Positions 45,926 to 58,069 of a stretch of DNA of 64,000 nucleotides are shown here, one piece after another. A program made the translations under genes and the position numbers. The DNA lies in NCBI GenBank assembly GCA_907165135.1, contig OU015568.1:16751208-16815207 (forward strand), given 5' to 3'. Below the pieces are notes generated by a model, which was not told where the DNA came from, ran no database searches, and saw nothing but the letters and a program-made list of their open reading frames with translations. Numbering within the stretch: position 1 is the first letter of the stretch; the number at the start of each line of letters is the position of its first letter. The DNA is from Oikopleura dioica. Lineage: Eukaryota; Animalia; Chordata.

Positions 45926-48485
45926 TTAATAAGTTTGGTAAAAGAAGTTTCTGACTCTATAGGCAGAAGCAGGGCCTGCTTGGTAATTGTCAGCGACGTA
46001 TGCTTTCAGATCGCCGGTGGTTTTCGATCCGCTCGAGGCGTAACTTCCCTCCATAACGGGGCTTCCGTCGACGCTTGCGACGTAGTTGACTTGTCCGTTT
46101 CCAGCATCCGTGACTTCGATTGTGTAGGTGCTCCATTGCCCATCAGTGCAAGTGATGTGCGTGTATTGCTGATGAGCCGAATCACCTGGATGATTGATTG
46201 CAAAAATAATTCGATTGCCACTCGTTTCTCGCATAAGAAGAAAAGTCCGGTCGCCGGCTTCGCCGTAATCGGGGCCTGCACCGAGCCGAAGAACAGTCGT
46301 GAATTGCGAGTTTAGTGGAGCGCTATGATCACAGAACACCTCAGCTGAGGCTTTGTAGCCCAAAGCAGCTGGAACGGTCGCGAGGAGATTATTTTCGGAA
46401 GGGGCGATGTCGCATCCGTTGACGATGGTGTGACAATTTTCTTTCCCATCACATGGATCAACGGCGCAAGCAGGCAAAAAAGTTTGGTAGAAGAAATTCC
46501 GGACGGAAAATGACGATCCTGCATCATACCAGTCATCAGACACGTAAACCTGAAGATCACCAGTCGTCACGGTGTCTGCATGATTATACGTTCCTTCGGC
46601 GATTTGTTTACCATCGAAACTAACGACATATCGCACAGCGTGAGGGTTTCCATCGGTTTGTCTTACTTCGACTGCGTATGTGTTCCAAGAGCCTTGAACG
46701 CAATCATGTACTCCCTCCTTCGACTTAATATCTCCTTCAGCATGCTCAACAGCGTAGTAAAAGATATTCTCGTTGCCAAATCCCCAAAGTGCGAAGATTC
46801 GATCACCTGCATTTCCGCTATTTCCTCCCGCAGTCACATGAATGATGTTTCCTAAGCCAGCATGCGGCTTTGACGGGTGAGTGCAAAGAACGTCAGCGGA
46901 AAACTTGTAGTTAACAGCGGCGGAGACGGTGCCAAGTTGCTTATTTTTCACTGGCGAAATCATGCAGCCATTCACAATGGTCTGGCAGTTTTCAAGGTCA
47001 GCGCATGGGTCTGTCTCGCAAGGAGGTGATGTTGGCTCAGTTGTTGTTGTGGTCGTGGTTGTAGTAGTTGTTGTGGTCGTGGTTGTAGTAGTTGTTCTGG
47101 TCGTGGTTGTAGTTGTTGTTGTAGTTGTAGTTGTTGTTGTAGTTGTGGTTGTAGTCGATGATGTCGTCGATGGTGTAGTCGATGTTTGGTAAAAGAAGTT
47201 TCTGACTCTGTAGGCAGAAGCAGGGCCTGCTTGGTAATTGTCAGCGACGTATGCTGTCAGATTGCCGGTTGTTTTCGATCCGCTCGAGGCATAACTTCCC
47301 TCCATAACGGGGCTTCCGTCGACACTCGCGACGTAGTTGACTTGTCCGTTTCCAGCATCCGTGACTTCGACTGTGTAGGTGCTCCATTGCCCGTCAGTAC
47401 AAGTGACATCCGTGTATATCTGATGGGCCCAAGTCGGAGCATTGTCTGGATGATTGATTGCAAACTTAATCCGATTGCCATTATATTCTCGCATAAGAAG
47501 AAAAGTCCGGTCGCCGGGTTCGCCGTAATCGTTGGCTGCACCGAGCCGAAGAATGGTCGTGTATTCCGAGTTAAGTGGCGCGCTATGGTCGCAGAAAACT
47601 TCAGCAGAGGCTTTGTAGCCCAAAGCAGCTGGCACGGTCGCGAGGAGATTATTTTGGGCAGGGGCGATGGCGCATCCGTTGACAATATTGAAGCAGTGTT
47701 CGACTCCATCGCAAGGGTCAGAGCAAGGGGAGTTGTAGTTGTAGTTGTGGTGGATGTTGTAGTTGTGGTTGTTTTTGTAGTTGAAGTTGTAGTTGTGGTC
47801 GTGGTTGTAGTTGTGGTCGACGTTGTAGTTGTCGTTGATGTGGTCCTCGGCGGTAAAGTTGGGACAATTGGATAATCGCATTTAAGCTGCTGAAATTTCT
47901 TCGTCATCAGATATTTTTGTTTCCATTTAATTCGTTTGATCATTCTTGCTGGATATAATTTGCTTAATCGTGATCTTTAAATGTTGCTTTATATAAAAGC
48001 CTTGAACTATCTCCTATCCCGTATCTTTGGAGCGTTTACGAAATGATAGTAGAAAAACTTATAAAAGACCCGTGGCTTGTTGAATTGATCCCGTCTCTGC
48101 AGACGAAGGCGTGTTGGTAGCTCTGAATGGACACAAAGAAGTTATTGAGCGAATGGCAAAAATTATCGCTGTCGTAGTATGGTGGGATGAAGTCGTTTGG
48201 TTCTCCAGAACCAGCGTATTCCGAGCATGCATCTTCAGCACGAACGGTCAAATTTTCTGCTTTTCTGAAAAATCTACGAAGACGATTTGCTTCTTTATCG
48301 GGGTTAGTGGTGGTGTGGGCATATGCGGTCCACACATCTGTCCAGAGCTTCTTGTACGCAGTGTCGATTTTAGCCCAGGCATTTGCCGAAGCCTCTGTTT
48401 TGGCGAGAGCAGCTGTGAAAAGTAATGAAGCAAAAAACTAAACAGAAATTTATTTTCTATGAAACTTGGTCCGTCCTACCTTCAT
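45926..48485 (-). CDS. Secreted mucin-like protein with Thr runs and three ~170-aa Cys-capped beta-rich repeats (candidate house protein/oikosin); apparent 1-nt frameshift at 47727-47730
   Basis: MK|FFASLLFTAALA signal peptide, two poly-Thr tracts, and repeats starting PC.DPC...C..IVNGC.I.P with a GDR.F motif. Repeats 1 and 3 are nearly identical. Confidence 0.75.
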
Positions 48486-48887
48486 TTTATCAAGAAGTTT
48501 CGATCTTTTTGGAGATATTTAAATCAAGTTCAAGAACGGTATTTATAGAAAAGAGAAGCCGATAGAGAGCGCCACAATTTGGCACAATATTTTTGCTGAG
48601 CTCTCTCTCTTGCCATATAGAAAAATGCTTTTTCTAATAAATTGCAATTCAACACGCAGACAGATCGCTCCTTATCCAGAAGAAGTCATCCTTGTATCGG
48701 GTTAACAAGCTCCGTGCTATAGATAGAAGCCTTCTAAGCCGACGTCATTACGTAACTCGGCAAATTTTTTGTCGCAGAATGATGACAATGATCGGAATGG
48801 AACATAAGATTTTTTTATTGAAAATTTCACATGGCCCCAATTTCAAAATAATTAAAACTGTAAAATTCTAGCGCAAAGCGATAAAAA

Positions 48888-50273
48888 ATGTCTTCAGAAT
48901 TTGAAGTGCATTTATCAATTATTTATGATTCTTCAAAAAAACAAAGCGTTCACGACATAAATTTTCCAAATAGCGAAATGAAGTCAACGAAGAAAATGAG
49001 CCGCAGCGAAAATATGGATTTGTCGAAAGTAACTTTGAGCTTTGCCGATTTCGTGCCAGTCGGGTTGACCAGAGACTATCTCGATGGGCAGTGCAGAGAA
49101 GTAGAGATCGTTTGTCTCGACGGATCGGAATTCGCGGACAAGGCGGTATTGACATTTTCTTCGTCGTACATCGCTCGATTTCTCCGAAATTCTCACTTTG
49201 AAGACTCTTCGAAAGCAATAGCAGATAACAAGATCGAGTTGGGCAAGCCTAAGGCGCTCGTGAAGTCCTTTTTGGACGTTTGCTACGGGGTTCCATGCAA
49301 ATTACAGCCGATTGAGCTGGTCAAGCTCTTCCAGTTTTCGATTTTTCTCCAAGCCGATCGAATTATAAAAGTAATTGGAAATACGCTTTTTGAATGCAGC
49401 ACGAAAAATCCTCGGTTGTGGGTTGGAATCCTTTTCGCTTTTGGTAAAGATGATTTTTTGAAGAATTATCGGAAATTTTAGATCACCTGACCGACCCTGC
49501 TATTGGAGATCTTTTCTTGAGATTGAAGGAAAGCTCGAAACACGGAAGATATCAAGATTTCTTCACGAAAATGGACTTGAAATGGCTTTTGGTAAGAAGC
49601 CGATCTTAAAAAAGATTGCTAATCTGACTATTTACAGTCTGAAATCGACAATGAAAACTACTGGAACGGCGAGTTGACTCACGACGACCACATCCCTTTG
49701 ATGTATCTTCAGAGCTTCGGGACAATGCTTCAAGTCAAAGAGACGCACAAAGATCTGGCACACAGACTTATGTTGACTCGCTTCATGGAATTCCTCTCAA
49801 ACCCGCTTGAGATCAACTTCGAGTTCAAGGTCTCGGAAGACAAGTCGCCTGCCAAGTCCATGTGCTATTCTGCTGATGGCTACACTTTTCAAGTTATAGT
49901 CATTTCAAGGAAATGTTCTAGCTAGCAAATATTATTTCAAGCGAAGACAAAGCTAGAACTCGGACAAAAAGAGACTCGTATTTAGGTTGCTACGTTGCAG
50001 TTCCTTCTGAACCATATGTAGGGCTTGGATCGGAAGCTGTGTAAAACCTGAGTCAGGCAGACGGCTTGTTTTAAAACGAGAACCGAAATTGTCGCTTCCA
50101 TCTATTCTTTGTACCCTGAGTCAGGTTTTCGACACAGTTTTCTTAGCCAAAAAATTGAGGGTGAATTCAATTACGATTGATAAGCTTCTTTAGCCACAGA
50201 AAGTCAGCTTCACAATTCGACTAATCCCAAACGACAGACGTCTTCCTCAAAAAACAAAGACAATTTCAAATAA
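48888..50273 (+). CDS. BTB/POZ-like domain protein, multi-exon (3' end uncertain)
   Basis: EVEIVCLDGSEFADKAVLTFSSSYIARFL...LVKSFLDVCYG resembles a BTB fold; downstream exons are joined by GT-AG introns. Confidence 0.55.
50024..50150. mobile_element. cctgagtcagg-family MITE
   Basis: gctgtgtaaaacctgagtcagg ... ccctgagtcaggttttcgacacag. Confidence 0.75.
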
Positions 50274-50830
50274 AAAGTTCTCCTCGACAAATTCTGACTG
50301 GGGCTTTTCCAAGGTAAAAGGCCTCTCCGTCAATAATTTAACATAACTTCTAGTTTCTTTCTATATCTGATGCTATGGACAAAGAAGCGGGATATGCTGA
50401 CCCTGATGGTTTTCTATCTGTTCTTGTAGAATTTACGAGCATCTTTTGAAGAAGCTCTTTTGGGGAACAAAGAAAGAATAAATGAGCGTCACGAGTTCTA
50501 AAATACAGCGTGTAACTATTTGATTTGCCACTCATGAGCTTATATATTTTATGTGTATGCTATACAATCGCATCAAAGATACGCTCAGCGTCCATGAGCT
50601 TTCTTTGCCTTTCACGGCTTTAGAGCAAATAATAGGCAAGCGAATACGTTGGTATTAATAAAAAAGGAGTTTCGCAAACGAGCAGAATTTTTTTTTGCTG
50701 AAGTTTCTAGAAAGAGAAATTACTGACTTTGCTGATGGTTTGTCTTTCAAAGAAAATTGCTAAGAATAATAGAAGCCGGCCGAATTGCAAGTTTCAAATG
50801 ACAGGTCTCAAAGTAAGTATAAAAAATTAT

Positions 50831-50959
50831 ACCTGCGTTGAAAACTGAGTCAGGTTCTGAAGAGCTTAAATAAAGAGCCGCGGCTTTTTGTTAATGGGCC
50901 ATTAATAATGGCCGTTATTGACCCGGACTCAGGTTTTCTACACAGGTTGCCGATCCCAG
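50831..50959. mobile_element. cctgagtcagg-family MITE
   Basis: gaaaactgagtcagg...gagccgcggctttt...ccggactcaggttttctacacaggttgccgatcccag. Confidence 0.8.
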
Positions 50960-51076
50960 AATATGGGGACCCTATTTTAATCCACCAATTCCTCGACCCA
51001 CCTAGTTATTTTCATAATAGAGAAGATTGCTATTTTCCATTTTTAGATAACGTATTTCATATTCATATGGCTTTCA

Positions 51077-52121
51077 ATGGCATTTCTCGAGTTCGGCTGG
51101 CAGCTCTTCAGCATCAACCCCTTCCCCGACACAATTTCCATCCCCTTCGCGGACATTCCCAACTACAGCTATCCAAAAATCGCGACAGAAATGATCCCAG
51201 ACTGGTTAATCTGGACGATTCTTATTTGCACTGGCCCGGTTATTCACATTCTCTTGCTTGCTTTTGTCCGTTCTTACAGGTAAAAAGACGAGTGTCCTCG
51301 CTGGAAATCGACTTCTCTAGACTTTCTACTCCGCAATTTATCATGGCTTATGGAACCGTGCCGCCTATAATCTGCTTTCTTGTCACTGCTTTGAAATTTA
51401 CTGTTGCTGAACCGAGACCGAACTTTCTTCACCGATGCTTTGATGGGCCAAAATCATCTGCTCAAGTTGCTCTTTCGGGTAAAAAAAAACAGACTGTGCC
51501 TGAAAAATCCGTCACTTTTCTAAGGCTCGGCTTGGCAACCTGTGTAGAAAACCTGGGTCAGGTTTTGAAGAGTTTAAATGAAAAGCCGCGTCATTTAAGG
51601 TCTTCAAAACCTGACTCAGGTTTTCTACACAGGTTGCCAAACCCAGTTTTAAGGCTACGAGATCATGAACTACAACAGCTCGATTTATCCAAATGCCGAA
51701 ATCGTCGTCAGCTCCTGCCCAAACGAAAACCCGACCCAAGTTATTGGAGGACTCATGTCTTTCCCCAGCGGTGAGAAAAAAAGTGAAAAACATGCGATAG
51801 AAATTTAAGGTCACGCGGCCCATTCGTTCGGGATTTTTACGTTTCTGTTCTTTCTTGTTGCCGATGTCACGCCTGAACTTTTTCGGCCGATGATATTTGC
51901 AATGATGTATACATTTCCTGCCGTTTGCGCGGGGTCAAGAGTTCGTGACCATCAACACCATTTGCACGATGTACTGATTGGGTCCGTCATTGGAACGATA
52001 ATTGGTAAGATCTGCCTTAGATACCATTCAATTATCCGAAATTGAAGGCTACAACGTGCATAAAAATGGAACAAAGGAAGAAGTTCCAAGAATCAAATCC
52101 TCAACGCTCAACGATTGGTAG
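51077..52121 (+). CDS. PAP2-superfamily phospholipid phosphatase, multi-exon
   Basis: The three catalytic motifs are present: KFTVAEPRP (KxxxxxxRP), SFPSGH, and SRVRDHQHHLHD (SRxxxxxHxxxD). Confidence 0.9.
51526..51646. mobile_element. cctgagtcagg-family hAT MITE at the 3' end of a PAP2 intron
   Basis: Near-perfect TIRs ggcaacctgtgtagaaaacctg / caggttttctacacaggttgcc; TSD ttctaagg / ttttaagg. Confidence 0.9.
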
Positions 52122-52367
52122 GACTTTTTCTCTCCATTTTTTTCTGTAAATAAACATTAAAAAAAACGAAGATTAAAATTGAATTTCGGCGATTTATTGA
52201 AAACAAGATTTGATCTTGGTAATAAATAAATTTGTCCTACATCGCAAGAAGCAAAACATGATCGGGGCTGCTTTTGAAATAAGTTAGTGGAAATTAGAGG
52301 ATCCAAAAAGGGCCCAAAAAGATGGTTTCTTTGTTGAACTTGAACAGATGGAGGGAGCTTTTCGAAC

Positions 52368-53797
52368 TTAGGCGTTCTGTCGGAGGAGATCGGTGTATTT
52401 CTTGACTTTGTTGGCGACGGACATGTCGATGAACTAGAATTAGATGAAGAAAGGGTTGAAGATGGAGTTGGTTACCTTCATGTCGGTGTACTTGTCTCCG
52501 AGAGCGACGGTCATGCCACCGAGAAGGGAGCTGTCGACGGAGGAAGAGATGACGGGGGTCTGGTTTCCGAGCATGGAAGCGACGGCTTCGGCGACTTCGG
52601 CTTTCTGAAGAGAGGAAGGTTAATCAGTGAGGTTTTGGCGTAATTTCCTCCCCTAATATTGGGGCCCAAACCCTAACCTGGGCACGAGTTCTTTCTAAAA
52701 TTAGGGTTTATTATTACAATTAGAAAGCAAAGTGCCAATATGATCCCCTTATGATGCACTTCAACCCTTCGGCCTATCTTCCCCAAAAGCACCCCCAATG
52801 AAGGGGTCGAAAACCCTGAAGGAGCCTTCAAAACCATCCATCTAATGAGAGGCTCTAATGAGAGGCTCTAATGAGAGGGCTTCGCCTCCCCGAGTCGAGA
52901 AGACCGGATTTAGAGTCATTTTTTTTACCTGTTCGGAAGTGAGCTCGATGGCGGAGGCAATCTCAACTGGGACTTCACCAGCTTCGGCCTGGAGGATTCG
53001 GGCGTAGACCTCGGCGACTTCGGAGAAAAGGTTCATTCGGTTGTTCTCGCAGAGAGCCTGAAAAATAAGAAAAGAATGGAAGGAAAATATAGAAATGTAC
53101 CTCGAAGAGACCGACAGTGGTCTGGGAGAAGCCAGCTTCTCCACCGACGGCGGAGAGGGCGGAGATCTTCTGGCCAGCGGAGATGCAGGGGTTGGCGAAG
53201 AAGTCAGCGACTTCCTGCTTGGCGGCGAAAGCAGCAGCGACGTTCTGGACATCGGCCTGGACACCAGCCTAGAGAGAGGGATGAGGATCTGATTTCGTGT
53301 TCGATATTTTTTATTTAATTTTCAATTTCTCCTTGTTGAGAATATTTGAGTTTAATTTTCAAAAAAATTATTCCAAAAATCGTCGAGAAAGCTGGAAATC
53401 CGCAGCGTTTAGTCTCCGATCGTTGATAAAAACTCACTAGCTGCCTGGAATGGGTACACTGTGTAAATATCCTGAGTCAGGGTCAGAAATATCTTTGATG
53501 AAAAGCCGCGTAGCGGCTTTTTTACGCGACTACGCAAAATTGACTTTTCTACCAATCTTTATATTTTTGCGATATTTCAGAACCTGACTCAGGCTTTTAC
53601 ACAGGTTCCCGTGGTCGATTTCGAAAAAAAACTCAGATCGAAACCAAAAATAATTCAAAAAAAGACGATCTAACCTGGTCACCACCCTTCTTGGCGGCGG
53701 AGTAAAGGGCAGCGGCGTAAGAACCAGCAATGCCGTAAGTTGGGATTGGGGCGTAGACGAAGGCGCGGGCCGAGTTGACGATTTGACGAGTGAACAT
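52368..53797 (-). CDS. ATP5PO: Mitochondrial ATP synthase subunit O (OSCP), multi-exon
   Basis: YGIAGSYAAALYSAA, ENNRMNLFSEVA, SAIELTSEQ, VDSSLLGGMTVALGDKY...FIDMSVANKVKKY. Confidence 0.93.
53445..53612. mobile_element. cctgagtcagg-family MITE in an ATP5PO intron
   Basis: ctgtgtaaatatcctgagtcagg...aaaagccgcgtagcggctttt...cctgactcaggcttttacacagg. Confidence 0.8.
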
Positions 53798-54249
53798 TCT
53801 GAATTTCAAGAACTTGAAAATCGCACTAATCAAAAACAATCTTGTTTTCCCAAAATATAAACCCAAAACTTAATTCTAGAAATAATTGATAAAATAACTC
53901 ATTATCGAGTAAAATGAAAATTGATCTTCTGAAAATGACGAGAAATGAAGTTTCTCTAGCGAATTTCGGCTGTCTCTTTTTAGTGCGAATTCGAAGGGCA
54001 AATTTTCGCCGCGATTGGTCAGCCAATGAGCGCGATTTTCGCCATTCTTGCCGCTCGATTTTTCCTATTTGCGAATTTCTCGAAAATTGCGGGAAAAACT
54101 GAAGATATTCTGCGAAAATTGAAAGTTTCTGATATTCTAGAGGCCGTTTGAGGGATTACTCATCGAAAGATCTGATTGGCTAGGGAAATTGAAGAGACAA
54201 AAGTGCAAAATTAAGCTTTTCTCCATGGAATCCTTTCAAAAATGATTCG

Positions 54250-54465
54250 CAAGGTGTTCGGAAAACCTGAGTCAGGTTCTCAAGAGTAGAACTGAAAAGC
54301 CGCATAGCGGCTTTTTCTAAGGACAAAGCCGCAAAGCGGCTTCGCGAAATAACCATTCCAAATTGCTCTTACTCTTTAGAACCTGACTCAGGTTTTCTAC
54401 ACAGGTTGCCGAGCTCAGGGCTTCTCATCGAGGATCTCTCAGAACCTGACTCAGGTTTTTCAACC
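54250..54465. mobile_element. cctgagtcagg-family MITE plus an extra right-TIR fragment
   Basis: gaaaacctgagtcagg...aaaagccgcatagcggctttt...cctgactcaggttttctacacaggttgccgagctcag, then a second gaacctgactcaggtttt. Confidence 0.8.
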
Positions 54466-54603
54466 GTAAACCCGCTAACTTCTGCAAAAAATTTGGCCAA
54501 AAACAAAAGAAACGACAAAAAAGGACTTTTCCAACCTCCAAGTTTATTGATTTTAAAAAAATCTCCAAAATTCAAAGTTGTCAAAAAGCAGTCTCAAAGG
54601 AAC

Positions 54604-55572
54604 TTATTCATCAGCAGGCTGCTCGATGGTGGTCTTCTCGGAGACGTAGATGCCGTCCAAGAACTTTCGGATATCCTTGTTCTTGACAGTGGTGGACTGC
54701 TGGATTCGAGCGGCGGACTTGGAGACGGCTTCGATGTCGTTTCCGGAGACGTAGAGCTGATCCTTCATTTCCTTGGAGATTTCGACGGTGACGCCTTCGG
54801 CCATGGGGACGACGCGGAGGAACTTTTCACCCAAGAAGTTTCGGACTTCGAGGACGGCACCTCCCTGGACGACGGCGCAGTTGATGGGGAAATGGGCGTA
54901 GGCGGATCGGAGCTTGTATCGGAAACCGAGAGTGACACCCTAAAGTAGATTGGGTCTTAGGGAAGACAAGTGGACCCCACTTATCATGGTTTTCGACTGG
55001 AGAACGTACCTTGCTCATGTTGGAGATGTGGGAGCAGACGGTTCGGACGGCGGCTCGGTCCTTGGAGGAACCCATCCACTTCTCGACCAAGATCGATCGG
55101 GGACCGGTCTGCTTCATCTCGACCTGTAAAAGAAGGTTAAAGGGGAAGAGATGAGCTTTTGTTGTCAAGAATGGAATTGAAGGGTAGGCTTTGGTGGTGG
55201 TGTAGAATGTGGTGAGAAGTTCTAGAGGTCATGTTGTTTGCGCAACCAAGGGTTTTTGCTCGAGAAAATCAGAAAAGACCCGTTTTAGCTGGTCGGCTTA
55301 ATAAAATTGCTCTACTGAGGTACGATACGTGACCTCTAGAATTTCTCTTGGAGTTCATCACCTCTAGCAAGCCCCACTCGATGATTTCATAATTGGTTAC
55401 TGGGTCTGATTCGAAACCGTTTGTCCAGAAATAAGGGAAGAGTTACCTTAAGATGTCGGAAGTTCTTCTCGAGGGAGCCTCGGGGACCGGTGACCTTGAC
55501 GATTCGGGCCTTGACCTCAACGGTGCAGGCGGCATCGACGGTGACTTCCTGGGAGTGGTGGAGGTACTTCAT
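54604..55572 (-). CDS. RPL9: 60S ribosomal protein L9 (uL6), 3 exons
   Basis: [58 protein letters not shown]. Confidence 0.97.
55232..55368 (-). ncRNA. Candidate H/ACA box snoRNA in RPL9 intron 1
   Basis: Hairpin (gaggtgatga...tcgtacctc), H box AGAGCA (55313-55308), a second hairpin (cgacca/tggttg, gggt/accc) and ACA three nt before the putative end. Folded by eye only. Confidence 0.4.
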
Positions 55573-55968
55573 TTTTGATAGTTAGAAATCCGATGGATCA
55601 ATCTGAAAGAAATTCTCTTTTATTTCGCGCTTTTGTAAAGCATTCTTGTGGAAATCTGTCTCTGAAAGATTATTCTAAATTCAGCTAAAATTTTGAAGGC
55701 GAAAAAGTCTCTAATCGTGAAAAAAGAGGAAAATAAATGGCAATTTTCTTCATTTGAAAAAGATTTCACTAGGCCGCCTACGCGCGCTTTCCCACACGTG
55801 CGCAAAGTTAGCGCTGCGCCGGAGGATTCGGCGAGGAGGTCCTCCGCCGCGCTGGAAGAGTAGCGCCGCTGGAAGAATGGATATTTTGAAGAAATGAAGG
55901 ATTTTCGCTTTTAGGACCAGTAAAGTGAATCTGTAACGGAATTATTTGTATGTCAATCAAAATTTAAT

Positions 55969-57146
55969 TCAAATTAAACTGATAGATAGTTTTTTAAAAA
56001 CGATTATCCCCTTTCCTGAATAATTTTGCGACAAATCCTCCTTCATCTTTCTCAACAAAAACTGCAGCACCGACCAGCCAGTTAAATCCTTCGCCGACGT
56101 TTCCAGCACTTTCGGGTAGTAAAGCGCTTTATCTTCGAAATTTTTCAATTCATCGTTGAGCATTTTCGCTCGGTACTCGTTTCCAGGCTGGTCTGCTTTA
56201 GAAATGCAGACGATAAACGGCTTTTCTGCCAGAGAAGAGTATCTTTCGTCCTTTTCGTCGAAGCTGCTAGAATCGAAGCGGTCTTGAAATTGCGACTTTG
56301 CCAGTTCTAGCTCCCTGACTTCCGCGTTTATCTTCGCGTCATAATCTGCCAAGTGTTTTCTGATTGTATAAAACTGCTCTACCGCGTGTTGTTCGTGGAA
56401 ATCGTCGCCATCGATGAGATAAATTAGGGAGACGCATCTGGCACAGTGCTGGAGAAATCGAGTCGCTCTTGGCTTTTTTAGGGTTGCAAATTTCGAGCGG
56501 AAAATTAGAGCGGAGCTTGAGCGGAAGAAAATTTGCAACCCTAACCTGATCTGGCTCTATTCCGGGCAAATCAGCAATCGACAAGCTCACTTTGTCGCGA
56601 TAAGTTAGATGGCCGAGATGAGGAATCAGCGTCGTCCCAGGAATGTCAGAAACTTCCAAGTCGGTATTTGTAATCGTCATCGTCAGCGAGCTCTTTCCAG
56701 CATTCGGCAAACCGACGAGGCCAAAATCAGCAATTGATCGAAGCTCAATTTCCGCGTTGACGATTTCGCCTTCTTCTCCCGGCAGCGCATTTCTGGGCGT
56801 TGGATTGTCGACATTCGCAAATTCTTTGTTTCCGAAGCCGCCGGCTCCTCCAGAAGCGATTAAAAACCCGTCGCCGTTGTTGACTAGATCGACGATGACG
56901 CTTCCCTGCGCGTTTTTCACCAAAGTTCCGATTGGCACCTCGATTGTTAGATCTTTCCCGTTTCTTCCGTATTGATGGTCTTTTCCGCCGTTTCTGCCGT
57001 CTTGAGCTGTGTAGATTTCTTTGAGATGAGTGAGGGAAGAGAGCTTGGAAGAGGCGCGCAACCAGATGTTTCCTCCTCGACCGCCATTGCCGCCGGTTGG
57101 TCCCATGTAAGCATTTTGAGCGTCGCGGGAGAAATAGACAGCGCCC
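55969..57146 (-). CDS. Obg-family GTPase (mitochondrial MTG2/GTPBP10 type), multi-exon; termini uncertain
   Basis: Gly-rich Obg fold (GGNGGRGG, GGAGGFGN), G1 GLPNAGKS, G2 TTLIP, G3 DLPG, G4-like SKAD, G5 SAK. Confidence 0.88.
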
Positions 57147-57302
57147 TTTGAAACAGTTTTAACTAAGTAGTTGTAGTTGTTAATATTTTGTCAGCTGACT
57201 TGAAAGATTTTCACACAACGCCTTTGCACTATCGACGAAAGCTTATGTTACCATTCTGATCTATTTTACAGGTTTAACAGTATTCGGCAGAGATAGTGGA
57301 CA

Positions 57303-58069
57303 ATGAATTTATACGATAGTATTTTACTTTTTGGTTTGGTACTCGGAAAACGTCCCCCAGCAGTATGCTCTCCAGGTTTATTGGATTATATGATCGTATG
57401 AAATATTTTCTTTGAGATCTACCAACTTGCGTGGATGTTTGTCACGAAGAAAAATGGATAAAAAAACGAGATGCTTGCGTGTTGAAAGGTATTCATAATT
57501 CTTAATTCTAGGGAAAACCGTTTTGGAGGATAATATCTGATTTAGCGCGCAAATTCCGCGAAATGTGCTACGTTCACTCTTGCAACGTCACCGTCACTTT
57601 GGACGATTTCAAGGATGTGGCGGTTGAGTTTTTCGCCGACATGGTGGGAGTTCAACTTGCAGAGGAAGAAGAGGACGATGAAGAAGGGTCAACGATAGAT
57701 TGTGCCAGGGACTGTGATGCTCATTTACAATATACTCTTCGGAAATGCCCATGTTATCAAACGGTCAGCTTCAATTATACTTTCAAAGCCTACTTTTTAA
57801 AAAGGATGAAGAGAAAGTGGAAGAGAAAAACATCTTCCGAACAATGAAAGATTCGATTTTGAACCTCACGATGGCGCTTGAAGAAATAACCGAGCAATAC
57901 GCTGAGCTGAAAATGAATTTGACCTCGGCTTACGAAAAAATACAGGTAAATTTCAAGTTGTTATATTCTTTTTAGAAATAATGCTTTTGAGGAAGTCGAA
58001 AGCAAGGCTCATCGATGCGTTCGAGCCCCTAACTATTACCGCAGTTATGAGGATTATTACGACTGTTGA
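57303..58069 (+). CDS. Small secreted Cys-rich / coiled-coil protein, about 5 exons
   Basis: Signal-like MNLYDSILLFGLVLG; exons LPTCVDVCHEE, MCYVHSCNV..CARDC..CPC, and a heptad-rich exon, all joined by GT-AG introns. Confidence 0.5.

Noticed and set aside
46929-47875. Poly-Val ORFs on the plus strand and Asn/Tyr/His-rich frame 47881-47730
   Set aside because: Alternative-frame readings of the Thr codon tracts.
50350-50620. Short minus-strand ORF with a PPR-like phrase (AERIFDAI)
   Set aside because: Too short, and no gene model supports it.
52841-52880. Three copies of ctctaatgagagg in an ATP5PO intron
   Set aside because: A small local slippage duplication with no sign of function.
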